Positions 13,635 to 27,303 of a DNA stretch of 64,000 nt are shown here, one piece after another. The position numbers were made by a program, and so were the translations under genes. The notes beneath the pieces were generated by a model. It did no database searches, had not been told where the DNA came from, and worked only from the letters and a program-made list of their open reading frames with translations. Source of the DNA: Glaucostegus cemiculus (taxonomy: Eukaryota); NCBI GenBank assembly GCA_976551045.1, contig CDPCPM010000231.1, positions 2,356,001 through 2,420,000 on the forward strand, written 5' to 3'. The stretch's first letter is position 1. Every line of letters begins with the position of its first letter.

Positions 13635-16069
13635 TATATTACCATGTGTTTTAGTAATTTTCCCACCACTTTGTAATTAACATGCCTTGCCTCTACAATT
13701 CACATCTCTTCATGGTCAAGCTTAGATCAGGAATCACTGAGTGGAAGCACAGGCAAGTCATTTGTTACTTCTCTACAACACTAATGCAGTTACACTATGC
13801 CATTGTTTTCCATGTTCTCACCAGGTCAGTTGTGTATTACAGGAACATAGACCAGGTGTTTAGCCAGAGTGGATCGGTGATACCAGGAGTCAGGAATGAG
13901 GGTACCTTTGCAACCAGAGCGGGGGTCTGGAGTGCAGCTGGTCTGTGAGCCTGGCACAGGGAAAGGGTTGGGAATTTCAGGGGGCAGGAATGTGGATAGA
14001 TGTATGGCTGGAGATGGTGATAAGTTTCAGCTTGCTCTAACAAGCTGAAACATACAAGATGAAACTTAGATATCACAGTCAATTCACCATGATATGTTGT
14101 TGCAGCAGTCAAGGTCATACCTACATATTTTTTGTGAACTGCGGGAAGTTAGTACACCTATCCCTCATGGATATGGAGGCCCATGTGCACTGTTGGTATA
14201 TTAATCAGAAATTTTAGCTACAAAGCTGGTCATTTCATGAGAAATTGGCAGCTTTTTACTTCAATAACTATGTTAAAGTATAGAACTTCTCCTTCATGAA
14301 CATGGAGATCCTGAACTTCTACATGGCTGATTGCTGCTGGCAACTCAGCTGCTTTTGGATTTGAGGTTAATGTGGAATGCATATTTCTGCACTCTCTGTT
14401 ATATTGGGAAATCATCTTGCTGCACCTGAACCAGGTTAGATCCAGCACAGGTGCAGGAACTTCTTTCATCTCAGTAGTGAGGGAACTATGTCTATTACCT
14501 GGAATTTTACCCTTTCTGTGCTATGGTATCTTCATCAATCAAAGCTTTTCTGTACATTGCTACTCAGGGCCTCTCCCTCCAGGTCAGACCCAGTTTCTGT
14601 ACAGGCGTTTGTACCAGGGGACTCACTTAAACTAAGTGTGTGTTTACCAGTCAGGCAACCAACAAGCACAAGCAGTGAACAACCCTGTGGAAATTTTAGA
14701 CCATGATTGCTAATTGCAGCTTGAAAGTTATAAATATGGAAATTAATTAGGAATATTATTCTTTACATCTCTATAGTTACAAGTTCAAGCTCCAGCAAAT
14801 TTAATTGTACCATAAAAGACATGATTACTGAATATTTAAATAAATGTGCCAAAACAATGTATAGATGAATTGTGCTGTAAACACAAGTTAGTCAGTTGTA
14901 CTTTATTATCATCACATCAACTACATACAGATGTGGCAGTTAGTACTATTGCTTATAGCACCTTGTGCCTCTTACCCCTTATTGTCCCCCATGCCAGATA
15001 TTGTCCCCCATCTCAAGTTCCTGAATTCTTTCTATTAACACTCAGGCATTTTTGCTTCCTTCTCTTCTACATCTTCAACACCCAGCTCTTTCATCCAACT
15101 TTGATTCAACCCTCCTATAGCACTTCCTGCCTGGATTCCTTTTTCAAAAAAAAATCTTTAATACCTTCCTTCCCAATATCACCACCTCATTACATCAGAT
15201 GCTCACTCTCTCCAATACCCTCCATCTCCAATACTCTCCACAGTTTGCTGTGCTAATGACACCTCTCCAATATTCCCTCAATCATCTTAACCTTCATCTC
15301 GTTGGCCATCATCTTCCCCACTTTTACCATTTCAAATCCTTCCATGTTCTTCTCCTCATCAACCTTCATCTCTTCCTTGGTCCTTCGCTCTCATTTAGGT
15401 CATCTGCAGCCTAAGCACTCCCATAACCTGCTGGGTGCAAACTTTCATTTCTTATCTGCATACTGGTAATACTCCAATTCTCTTGCATATTCTCTTCACC
15501 ATCCCGATACTAGTCAATTTCCCATGAATAAGCTTGTCCATGTTTATTAAAGTATTAAAATATGCTCTAAATGAACCATACTGTTATGCTTTACTAGTAA
15601 CGTTTGGTGCTGTGAAACTGGCAAAGGAAGACACTGGTCAACGAGGTGGGGACACCAACAGAGGCATCCTGATGGCTAGTAGACTTGCTCAAACTAGTGA
15701 AATAAAACTGGCTACAGTGGTCAAGCAGGTATCTCCAAAGATAATTAAATTAAATTGCCTCTGTCAGAAGTACAATAGCCTCCAATTGATACATGAAATA
15801 AGTGGAGGGGGTAGCTAAAAAAGTGGAAAAGAAGTTGTTCAACCATCTTTTTTTTGAAAGATTAGAAGCAAGCTTGTGAGAGAGTTGATTATCGATAGCT
15901 CCATAAGATTAAAAGGGAAACCCTAACAGTACTACACAATCTAAATACAAAGGCAAGTATCAAGTTGATAAATTGCAACAAATTTAAGAAATGGGAAGTA
16001 ACATGTCATTCAAAATGGTTGGATGAAGATAAATGTGCAAATAATGTTCAAAGTCGCTCAGGAATATTA

Positions 16070-16445
16070 AGCATAGCATTGTACAGCACAGAAACCGGCC
16101 CTTTCAGTAAGAATAAACCCAGCCCATCCAATCTCTCCTCATAATTACAGTCCTCCATTCCAGGCAATACCCCAATGAGTCTCTTCTCCATTCTCTCTAT
16201 TGTTATCACATTTTCCTGCAGTGTGGCAACCAGAACTGTATAAAATACTCCAAATCCCATCTCACCAATGTTTTGTACTGCTGCAACATGATGCCCCAAC
16301 TATTATACTCAATGCCTCTGCCTATGAAGGCAAGCATACCAATTGCCTTCTTCACTATCCGATCCAGAGTTGTCACCTTCAGTGAGCTGTGGACTTGCAC
16401 CCCAAAGTTCCTCTGTACATCAAATGCTCCCAAGGTCCCTTCCAT
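16070..16445 (-). mobile_element. CR1 fragment
   Basis: ORF 16206..16445 QRNFGVQVHSSLKV..GMLAFIGRGIEY. Confidence 0.8.
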
Positions 16446-17387
16446 TTACTCTGTGATGTCCTACAAGAGCTTATGTTGATAATTTTAAAACAACAGAATG
16501 TATAGAATCTTGAACCAATATCTCAGATTGCTTATATTTAGTTGTGGGTGCATAGTGTATTAACAAAGATAATGCTTCATCATTTTATAGGAATTCTATA
16601 GCTTTGGTGATCTACTGCATCATAATATGTAATGTTCCCAGATATGGAACATAACTGACACATCTTCTTTGTAGGTATGCTGATTTTGTATGAATTTATA
16701 TCTAATGGACATGAAGATAAATAGAATATAAAAGTTTACTTCATTAAGTGTTGTATCCAGGTGAATAAAAATAACTAATGGCTACAAGGTGCATTTACTT
16801 CCACTTTAAGTTCAATCAGTGTTCCCTTAACTATTGTGCTCTACAGAAAATGAATTCAGTTTAAAATCCTTCATAGAACACATGCAAATATGAAATTTTC
16901 TTCACAAATGCACAGAAAATGCAGATTACATTATCCAGTGTAAATAGTCTCTAAATATAGATATTTAAATGTAAATAACAACCGAATATTTCTCGCCAAT
17001 TTCAGAACATTCTGTTCTTTATTTAGGTCAATGGGTTGTCAAATTTTTCGTGTTGGAGAAGTTCCACTTCCTTGCTGTTAGCTTCCCATGTCACGCAAAG
17101 AGTAGCACAAGAACAATTTTTCATCAAATCAATACAGCTCATGTCACGGAATGGCAAGATTAATAATCCAACTGTATGATCTCAACGAAATTTCTGACTT
17201 GAATATCTCAAATAAAGTCAAGGTGAAATAGCAACTGCTGAGAAAGGATTACAGAGTAGAGAACACTAAAAGAAATAAAATTAATGGAAAAATTCCCCAC
17301 TTCTTTTCCATATGCAAGAATACAGGAAGTGCATAGAAAAGTTTTCCCAATCATTTTACAATGGACAAAATAACAAAATAAACTCAC

Positions 17388-17486
17388 GATCTATGGCGAT
17401 TTTTTCAGTTCCATCCAGTGGATTGATAATTCCTGGAATTGGTTCTCCAAATGAATAGTGATCTATTCGATGTGAAAAATTGTACA
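17388..17486 (-). CDS. ERGIC2: ERGIC2 exon 10
   Basis: VYNFSHRIDHYSFGEPIPGIINPLDGTEKIAID; 99 nt; cag/gtgagt. Confidence 0.97.
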
Positions 17487-18439
17487 CTGAAAACAAATTA
17501 AAAGAAAAACTTGTTATACGGCCACAGTTTTTCCTTTACACCAATATAACAAGCACATTTTCATAAACCTATTGGTTTTGCTTGTAAAAATCATTCTGCT
17601 TTCCCAAAATGATAGTAACAAAACAACCAGTATAAAGCAAATGCATTGACAGAAAAATGATCCTACTGGAAGAATGACCATTCCTTGTCTTCTTCCTCTC
17701 TAACTCTTCCCAGGACACAAAAAGAATTCTTTTCAGAAGTTGTGGTCAATATTAAGCACACAAGAAATTAATATCCAAATAAAGCAAGCTTAATTGCAAA
17801 TTTTAAACCCTAGTAGATTTTCATGTGGAGCATAGCATTTGAAGAGCACCTCCATGTGGTTAAAAACATTACCTCCACAATATTTTCTGGTTTTCCATTA
17901 CTGTTATTTTTAAATTTTTACAGAACATGTAGTTTAAATCTTGTACATAGTGGAAGTAAAATAAGGCAAAAGATAAAAAAATGAAGCTTTTTAGAAACCA
18001 ATTAACAGAATGATAATGTTGTGATACATTAAAAGGAACCTTTAATCTATTTTACTTCCACAGACAATAAAATGCACTGACTGATGATCTGAGTGGCATA
18101 TTCTATCAAAGATCAGGGTTAATTATGTTGATAACTAACGCAAGTGGGGTCAGTGATATAAGGGTGGTCAATTGGCCATAAGTGCTTTTCAACTGAGGGA
18201 AAGTGAAATCGGTCACAATTTCCAGATGTGCTAGCTATTCATTGATTAATGGTAGAATTGCAAGAGTGGATTCCCATAAACCAAGCTGTGATACTCCATG
18301 ATGAGCAGGTCCACAAACAATTCTCACTTTCTAGGCTCTCATATGAAGTAACGTAACTTTCATGAGATACCAGGGAATAACCAGCAGCCGTGAAACTATA
18401 TTGTACCAAAGTGGTTTGCAGCCGATAAAAAAGGTTAAA

Positions 18440-18800
18440 GTGTATTCACTTTTGTAATGTAGGAAAGACAGAAGCAATATGTACACAAATGGCACCCACA
18501 AATAGCAAATTCACAACGGCCAGATGATCTGCTTTACCAATGTTGGTTGAGCAACAAATATTGGCCAGAGCTTCCCCTAATCTTCTGTGAATAGTGCAAT
18601 AGGAATTTTCTTAATAACGAGCCAAGAATTGTATACAGAATCTCAAATGTGAAGATTTATCCAAAAGGCAGGAATTCCAATAGTACCGTACTCCCTCAGG
18701 ACTGCACGGCAATATCAAATTAGATTTGTACTCAAGTCCCTTGGGCAGGACCTAATCTTCTAACTCATGGTAAATGCCATCAACTGAGCCACTGGTGAAA
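18440..18800 (-). mobile_element. Ancient DeuSINE (SacSINE1-like) remnant; similar copies at ~24150-24360, ~40150-40310, ~55790-56150, ~59830-59960
   Basis: Recurrent tgtaatgtaggaaa..cagc..aatttgcacac..cacaaa..cagat..tgttggttgag..aaatattggcca block matches the reverse of the Deu domain as recalled. Confidence 0.6.
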
Positions 18801-18944
18801 GGTACACAAAAATTCCCTCAATTCAGTAGTCCACGTTGTATAATGGCTTTAATGACCATCCTGCATTTAATACAAAACACTTACTTTTCTTAACTATGTT
18901 AATCAATCTATAATAATACTGGACTAGAATGAATCAATACTTAC

Positions 18945-19000
18945 CATCATGACTAACAAGAGCTGCCATATGTGCATGACCTCTTGGGTGAGGAATTGCC
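18945..19000 (-). CDS. ERGIC2: ERGIC2 exon 9
   Basis: AIPHPRGHAHMAALVSHD; 56 nt; tag/gtaagt. Confidence 0.96.
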
Positions 19001-20389
19001 CTAAAAGTGCAAAAAATTTATCAATTGTAAATTAATATGAAAGAACTTTTGTCAATTGGATACAGTCCCAAAGAATCCAGTATTTTTATTAGTGAACTGT
19101 GAAAAGGCCACAGCGTATTAATAAAAGTTATCAATAAAACTAATAATAGAAGATAATTTATGTTCATTTCCCATGCAGACCATAAACTTCAGCTAGATGA
19201 GAATAAGAGGTCAGGCTTCAATAGAAAATGAGTACAGGGTGGCGAAGGAGAGCCCAGCTTGTGAGTGGTGGCAGGTGAAAGTGTGAATTTGCTTAACAAT
19301 GCTGAAAATACTGTTAATTCCCCTAATGTTACTTTAAATAGAGTCAACAGCCCTGCGAGCATTGCTGAAAATATCAGAACAGGGATTGTCAAGTCTGGGG
19401 GAAAAAAAAGACAAGAAAAAGAAGCGAAACCCACTTCCATGGTCTTGAAAGAGGTGTGATGTTGGTAAAGAAAGACCAAACTTCTGCAAAATGAATTTAA
19501 AAGTTTGGGAAACAAGCTTTATTACAGGAGGTAATCTCAGGTTTACTTCTCCAGCACAGGAAATGGAAAAATGACAAGGAAATCAAAGTATTGGTAAAAA
19601 TGCAATATCAGGAAAAGGGATGGATTGCACATTTTTGGATGTGATCATCTGTTTTAGCACAGACAATAAGTTCTTCTGCAAGAATGAGATATCTCTGAAC
19701 AAAGGCAAATCATTCAAATATCAACTAATATTAGAGAGAAAAAGATGAGGATAACATTTATACAGCAAGCCATTAAGTTAGGGGAATATGGAAAACAAAG
19801 GGGATAAGCATTAAACTAAGTTATTACAAATGCAATAAACTAAAGAACATGTAGAAGATAGATTACAATGAACAAGAGGTCACCTTAATGTAGAAAGTAA
19901 TGATTATATTTCTAATGAGAATATTAGATAGAAGCAAATCCTCAACTGCTTGAGATTAGCTTCATGATGCAGAGAAGAAATTTTCCCTGTAGTTGTTAGT
20001 TAAAAGAAAACCAGAGATCGGTGTCTGATGGGATATATCCTGAGATTATGAGAGAGAAATGGTAGGAAGTTACCACAGCACCATAAAGTGCATGATCCAC
20101 ACAGACACTAGTCCACAACCAGCTCCTCCTCATTTAAATAGTTATGAGCAGAAATTGCTTCCAAACAAATGACAGGAATAGGAAAACAACAGTATTGTCT
20201 TCAATCCTGGTATCCCAACATACAATATCCAGCCTTTTCCTTGGCAATTCATCTTAAATTGAACCAGACTTTTATAAATTTTGATTTACAAAATGTCCCC
20301 AGGTTGAGTTTTGGACTACATACCATCCCTGAACCCAGTTCATTTATGTACCACCAGTAAATTTGGCTACAGTGTATTTAGCCCCTTCA

Positions 20390-20830
20390 CCTAATTCATC
20401 AATATAGTTTATAAATAGTTGAGGCACCAGCACTGAACCCTGTGGAACTCTATTAGTTTCTGATCACCAGTTCAAAAATGACACGTTTATCTTGACTCTG
20501 TTTTCAGTTTGCCACTCTCCTATTTATCCCAATGTATTACCCCCAACCCTGTGCACATGTATATCCTACAGTTACCTTCTGCAGCACATACCTTCTGCAA
20601 ATCCATAAAACACTAAATCTACTGGTTCTTCCTTTGTCCATCCTGTTTATTACATCCTCAATGAACTTCAGCTTGGCTCTATGGAATGTCTTTTTTTTAA
20701 ATGTCCTGCTATTAATATGTAATGGAATCCTTGGTGGATTGCGGTCAATACGTGCACTATCTTTGCAACCAATTCTTCTAAGATCCTAGAAAACAGGCCA
20801 TCAGGCTGTGGGGACTTTTATCCTACAGTC
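20390..20830 (-). mobile_element. Degraded CR1 fragment (approximate)
   Basis: Reverse complement of gttccacagggttcagtgctggtgcctcaactattt (VPQGSVL-like). Confidence 0.55.
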
Positions 20831-21112
20831 CCAGTCTAGTACTCCTTTTCCCCTCTAGTGAAATTGTTTTAAGTTCCTCACTCCCTATAACCCATTGATT
20901 ATCCACAATTATCGATATGTTTTAGTGCCTTTTACCATTTACCATGAACACCAATGCAATTCAATGTCAGTAAATATTATGATTAAAAAAACAACTGCAA
21001 TTATAACTATGAGTGGAGAAGCAGCAGCTGGGGTTTCACATTCACTGGTCATTAGATTAGTAATATTTAAACTGTTCATAAAATGCTTTTCTTCCCCTGC
21101 ACCCCACAAGGT

Positions 21113-21420
21113 AGGGCGGCATGGACGTGTAGTGGTTAGCATGACACTATTACAGCGTCAGTGACCCGGGTTCAATTCCAGCCAGTCTGCAAGGAGTTTG
21201 TATGTTCTCTCAGTGTCTGCATGGGTTTCCTCCGGGTGCTCCAGTTTCCTCCCACGTTCCAAAAGACGTACAGATTAGTAGTTTGTGGGCATGCTATGTT
21301 GGTGCAAGAAGAGTGGCAACACTTGTAGGCTGACCCCAGCACATTCTCAGTAACACAAAAAGATGCATTTCACTGTGTTTTGATGTACATGTGACTAATA
21401 AATAAATCTTAAATATCTTA
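21113..21420 (+). mobile_element. V-SINE
   Basis: tRNA-like A/B boxes (gtagtggttagc, ggttcaattcc) plus V-domain. Confidence 0.85.
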
Positions 21421-21499
21421 ATGATAATGCATACTAAAACTCCTTAGTTGAGAGTACTGTATATCCTCTGCAATAATAAATTAAGCTACTTCACAGATC

Positions 21500-22184
21500 C
21501 TGTGAAGATCTTAGCCATATGCTTGGGATCAAGGACGACTGACGTTCATGGGTCTTGTGGGCTCTGAGGTGGCTGAAAGAGGCTAATGTAGGAACTCCAG
21601 ATTCTTCCAGTAATGGGACAGGTGATGGTTGGAGTGACTTTGAGGTTGGCCACTCCTCACACCAGCACCTTTGTGTGCTCCCAATGCATGGACTCAGGTT
21701 TCTCAATACCATCTGAGTGGCCTTCTTTCTCTATCTTGGGCGATCGTGGACCCGAGGTTCCTAGAATCAGTATGGTTGTTCCTCAAGGAGCTTCTGATCA
21801 TACCCTTGCATCTTCACCCCTGTCCATCTAGTGATCACGTCCCACGAAAGAGTGCCTGTTTCAGAAGTCTGGTATCTGACAGGTGAATTTAGTGGCCTGC
21901 CCAATGTAGCCAACTGAACCTAACTAGGGCATCAATACTGGAGATGTTTGTCTGGGACAGGACATTGATATTGGTTTACTTGTCCTCCAAGTGAATTTGG
22001 AGGATTTTGTAGAGACTGTGCAGGTGTTTCCCTTCCCCCCCACTCCCCACCGTGACTTGAGATACCTGCTGTTGGCATACTAGACTTTTCAGAAGCACAT
22101 CGGAGGGCAGAGCTCACTGCTGCCCAATAGATCACGAGTTTTGTGCCAGGCCTGAGATCTTGATCTTCTAATATCCTTTCCATT
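21500..22184 (-). mobile_element. Degraded RTE-clade LINE 3' part (approximate)
   Basis: DLRPGTKLVIY.A.V...L (21932..22183) and a W.GH....DTRL.KQ-like remnant. Confidence 0.6.
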
Positions 22185-23940
22185 AGTATTGGTATTGGTC
22201 CATTATTGTCACTTGTACCAAGGTACAGTGAAAATCTTGTCTTGCATACTGTTCACACAGATCAATTGGCATTTATTTCGAGGGATATAGTATATAAAAG
22301 CAAGGAAGTGTTGATGAGGCTATACGGGGCACTGGTGAGGCATCATTTGGAGTAATGTGTACAGTTTTGGGCCCCATTTCTTAGGAAGGATATACTGATG
22401 TTGGAGAAGGTTCAGAGGAGATTTACGAGGATGATTCCTGGGATGAAAAGGCTTACATATGATGAGCGTCTGTCGGCACTTGGACTGTACCCGTTGGGAG
22501 TACAGAAAAATGAGAGGGGACCGGATAGAAATGTACAAAATGTTGAAAGGACTGGACAAAATGGATGGGGCCAAGCTGTTTCCCTTGTTGGGGGAGTCCA
22601 GTACCAGAGGGCACAACCGTAGAATTAGAGGGTGCAGGTTTAAAACAGAGATGAGGAGGAATTTCTTCAGCCAGAGGGTGGTGAATTTGTGGAATTCCTT
22701 GCCACAGATAGCAGTGGAGGCCAGATCATTGGAGATATTCAAGAAGGAGATAGATAGATATCTAATTGGTCGAGGTATCAAGGGATATGGAGATAAGGCT
22801 GGAATTTGGGGTTACAATAAGCTTTTTTCTTCTTTTTCCCCCCACCCTTTCCCTTTGGAGCAGACTCGACAGGCCGAGTGGCCTACTTCTGCTCCCTTGT
22901 CTTGTGATCTTGTGAATTCATTACAGTGCATTGAGGTAGTACAGAATAAAAACAATAATAGAATACAGAGTAAAGTGTCACAGCTACAGGAAAGTGCATT
23001 GCAGATTGACAATAAGGTGCAAGGTCAAACAAGGTAGATTGTGAGGTTGAGTCCATCTCATTGTATAAAGGAACCGTTCAATAGACTTATCACAGTGGGT
23101 TAGAAGCTGTCCTTGAACCTGGTGGTATGTGCCCTCAGGCTCCTGTATCTTTTGCCTGATGGGAGAGGAAAGAAGAGAGAATGAACCATTGGGTGGGGTC
23201 TGATTATGCTGGCTGCTTCACCAAGGCAGCGAGAGATATAGACAGAGTCCCTTGTGGTCCTGGGCAGAGCAGTTGCTATACCAAGCCGTGATGCGGGGTT
23301 TCTATAGTACATCAATAAAAATTGGTGAGCGTCAAAGGGGACATGCCAAATTTCTTTAGCCTCCTGAGGAAGTAGAGGCGCTGGTGAGCTTTCTTGGCCA
23401 TGGTGTCGACGTGGTTGGATCAAGACAGGCTATTGGTGATGGTCACTCCTAGGAACTTAGAGCTCTCAACCCTCTTGACCTCAGCACCACTGATGTAGAC
23501 AGGTGCCTGTACACCGTCCATTTTCCTGAAGTTAATCCCAGCTCTTTTGTTTTGTTGACATTGAGGGAAAGTTGTTGGCATGACACCATGTCACTAAGCT
23601 CTCTATCTCCTTCCTGTACCCAGACTCATCATTATTTGAGATATGGCCTACCACAGTGGTATCATCTGCAAATTTGTAGGTGGGGTTAGAGCAGAATCTG
23701 GCCACACAGTCATGTACATTGGGAGTAGAGTAGAGGGCTGAGGAGGCAGCCTTGTGGGGCACTAGTGTTGAGAATAATCTTGCTGGAGGTATTGCTGCCT
23801 ATCTTCACTGATTGCGGTCTGTTGGCCAGAAAGTCAAGGATCCAGTTGCAGAGGGAGGTGTCGAGTCCAAGGTCTCGGAGTTTGGTGATGAGTTTGCTAG
23901 TAATTATAATATTGAAGGCAGAGCTGTAGTCAATAAACTA
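22185..23940 (-). mobile_element. Rex1/Babar-like LINE fragment interrupted by CR1 (approximate)
   Basis: HDCVARF..KFADDTTVVG.ISNNDES.YR.E (23532..23762) and LPSGKRYRSL..TTRFKDSF (23100..23423); ACCAAT-type tail at 22185. Confidence 0.85.
22268..22914 (+). mobile_element. CR1 3' fragment, same subfamily as 56684-58838
   Basis: ORF 22459..23037 RGHNRRIRG..FFSQRVVNLWNSLP; shared 3'UTR; AATT TSD at 22264-67 and 22915-18. Confidence 0.9.
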
Positions 23941-24849
23941 CACATCCTAATGTACGCGTCTACTGTGTAATAAATCTGTGCAACATACTACCATTGTTTG
24001 TAACATAGACTTAAGAAATATGTTTGGAATAATTGTTGAGTAAAGCCATTGTTATCCCAATGTGGGAGATTAAAAGGAAAGCACTGTGAAAGTTCTCTTT
24101 GAAACTTCTCGACAACTCAAAAATGGCAGAGGTTAGAGTCTGTTATTAAGATAAAGATTTGCATTTCTGTAGTACCTTTAATGGACTCAGAAAGATTACA
24201 ATGTAGTCACCATTGTAATGTAAAAAAAAACACGGCAGCTAATTTACACACAGTAATTATCTACAAGCTGCAAAATGTTATTTAATAGATCAACTTTTTT
24301 AAAAAGTGAAAAATATTGGCCACAAAACTGGAGATAACTCCCTTGTTCCTTATAATGCAAGTTACAGCACAATTTGGTGAGATAAAATTTGATACATTCT
24401 CTGATTTCATGCATTTGAAAATCTTACATTAGAGCATATGTTTTAGTTGAATGATGCATGTGGTTATCGCTCATAAACTTTAACTATAAATTATCCAATG
24501 GACCTTACTTTGCCATACCAATAAAATATTCGAGAAACACTGAACTTCACCACTGGTTTGTTTGTATTCCTACCTCATGAAACTTTAAGTATCTATAGCC
24601 AAGTTGGACACTTCATTCAACTACAGGAGGGAGTAGGGAGAGAGGATATGAGTATATGGGACTTATGAACGGAGTGTCTTTGAGATAGCCCTACTAGGCA
24701 TTTACACACCAGGTACAACACAAGAATAAAGACAGTGGAAAATCTCACACTGTAATGACCATAAAAACTTCTAATTACCAATGTAAACCCACTGATTAGT
24801 CATTTGCTTTAGAAAGGAAGAGTTAATAATATTTTAAAAATTCACATAC

Positions 24850-24945
24850 TTGCCCACAGTTATGTGGAAATTTCCTGCTACTTTGTTGACATATAAATGT
24901 CCATGTATTCTACAGGCATCATGTGGATAAGATAATTTGTCTTCC
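24850..24945 (-). CDS. ERGIC2: ERGIC2 exon 8
   Basis: EDKLSYPHDACRIHGHLYVNKVAGNFHITVGK (Erv41/Erv46 family CRIxGxLxVNKVxGNFHI motif); 96 nt. Confidence 0.97.
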
Positions 24946-26640
24946 CTGCAAATATAATTAAAAATAATTTTCATTGGGCTCACTAAATTTACTGTAGACA
25001 CAACCAACTAATATATTACAAGTACTAATGAATACCTAAGAATTAAACATAATGATTCAAAACTAATCAGCAATCTCAAAGATAAGGCTACTGATTGTGG
25101 AAAATGGAAACATTGAATTATTCTGCACACCAAAGTTCAGACACCTCAGTCTGTAATCTTCATCTAATATTGAAACTAAAAAGGCCAGTTTGTATTTACT
25201 CTGCTATTTGAAGCCCCAATACATTTTAACAAGCATCTGAGATTATTTTGATATATTAATCAGTTATGATAATCCATTAAACTATTGAAAATTAATTAGG
25301 TCTGCAAATAGAATATACAATTCTGATTCTATGTAAAATTATGAATTTCACAGTAATTAATGAAAATGTCCATTGATATTTAAATGTATATGAGAATAAA
25401 ATTAAGCACTGAAAAATATTAGCAAAGTTTACTTTAATTATATGGTGCAATTTTAATAATTCAAAAGGTATTGCTTGTGCTTTGTGCAATCCCACAATGA
25501 ATGTTTGTAGATTATGAACACAGTGAAAATCCTTGGAGACTATCCCAACAAAAGCTTCCATTGCAGGTGCAAAACAAGAATGATTGTGAAAACCTCACAC
25601 TGTACTGTTGCATCAAAAACTCTAACGTTGAGAATTCACAATGGTAACCAACTGGTCAATCGGTTTATAAGGAAATGATTAATAGCATAAAGAATGCATG
25701 CAATTAGTAGTATTGACTGTCTGTGTCTACAAAGGAACCGATAAAGTATTTAACTGCTTTTTTTTAAAATAAAATTTGTACCACATATACTCACAGAAAA
25801 AAACAAATCATCAAAACATGAACATGGTGCAGCTGGCACGAATAAACTATAACCTGAACTAAGTTTAGCATTTAGTTCCATAAGGTACTTTTGCCCCTCA
25901 GCTGTGTATGTCTCAACAACCCTGCAGCGTTAATTTTCTCAATACATTGGTTTCTGAATGCTGGAGGTTACAGATCATTCCTGATTGGTCAGCATTGCAT
26001 GTCTTTTATCATTATAAAACAAGCATTTAAAAAAACTGAAACAGGAAGTTCCTAGAACTGCTTTCTGCCTCTATGATTTCTTTTGGCTGGTAAGCCAAAA
26101 ATTAGACATCACAGTGAAGTATGGAGGTATGGGCAGTAAATTCATTCATATGTAATGGTATTTGCAGGTGGTTTAATTTATTTTCCACAAAATGGTATAA
26201 ACATAATTAAAACTAAATCAGATCACTTGAGTTGCTACTTAAATGGGTATATATCATTCTTTTCGCTTAGTGTATAATGTCATAAATTGTCAACAAGTGC
26301 ATAATATATATTGGGTGTTCCAACGCAGCAGGCACAGGATTAATCAGGAGATAAGTAATCAAGACTGAATCAACCACAATATTTGGTGTGAATGTGAGTG
26401 CGAGTGCAACATTCCCTGAGCCATCTCCTGCTCTTATATTGCTTTAATTACACCAGTTTCCTACTGTAATTTACTTCTGTCAGACAAACTACAAGTGATC
26501 ACATTCAACAGCAAGGATTTAGTGCAAGTTCCCCTATTGCAATACTTCGGTGTCCATATTTGATCAGAATAGAATCAGTAACGGATTGAGTCTAGAACGG
26601 ATCTTGAGTTTCAACATTCAAATATTGCTGGGTTACTTAC

Positions 26641-26742
26641 CTTGGTGGTAATGCTGTTGGAGAGCCTCGAAAAGCACTTTTGAATAAAAGGTCTTGAAGA
26701 GAGTGTTCTTCTTGTACTTTTTTGCGAATCTTTTGAAGTGTT
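26641..26742 (-). CDS. ERGIC2: ERGIC2 exon 7
   Basis: TLQKIRKKVQEEHSLQDLLFKSAFRGSPTALPPR; 102 nt; aag/gtaagt. Confidence 0.95.
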
Positions 26743-27262
26743 CTTAAAAAGGAAACATCAAATAATTTGCGCCTCTACCAGGTCTTCATTCTAATTAAAT
26801 CAGCATGCTATTTGTGAAATATAACCAACTCATCTGAACAGTAATAGATCTAATGAAATTATTGCAAATTTTCATTCAGATGACCAAATTAGAGTGGCAA
26901 GTTAATAAAGCAGCTCATATGATTGGCAATAATAAACAAATTGCTTGGTTGTGACATTTCCCAGCTGGTGAATTGTGAACCTGCTTTCCCAGGGTAAAAT
27001 AACGTGGCTATGGATGTTGCCTCGTCTTGTGAATTTTCTCACCATTCATTCAGTTACATTCCACCACTGACAGAATCTAGGAGAAAGTCATCTTGCTACA
27101 TCTTCCAAAAAATTGTCAAGTACGTCAGGGAACAAAAGGTTAACTGTGGAAGGGATTAGAGCTGATTGGAAGTGAAAAGAATCATGTTTGTTTTGCTGCA
27201 TTCAGCAGACACAGACAGTTCTACATTTCATATTCTGAATATAAAGGTAGTCTGTTCCTTAC

Positions 27263-27303
27263 CTTTGCCACATTTTCTGACGTGAAGATAATTCAAAAAC
27301 AGT
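27263..27303 (-). CDS. ERGIC2: ERGIC2 exon 6
   Basis: TVFELSSRQKMWQR; 41 nt; tag/gtaagg. Confidence 0.93.
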
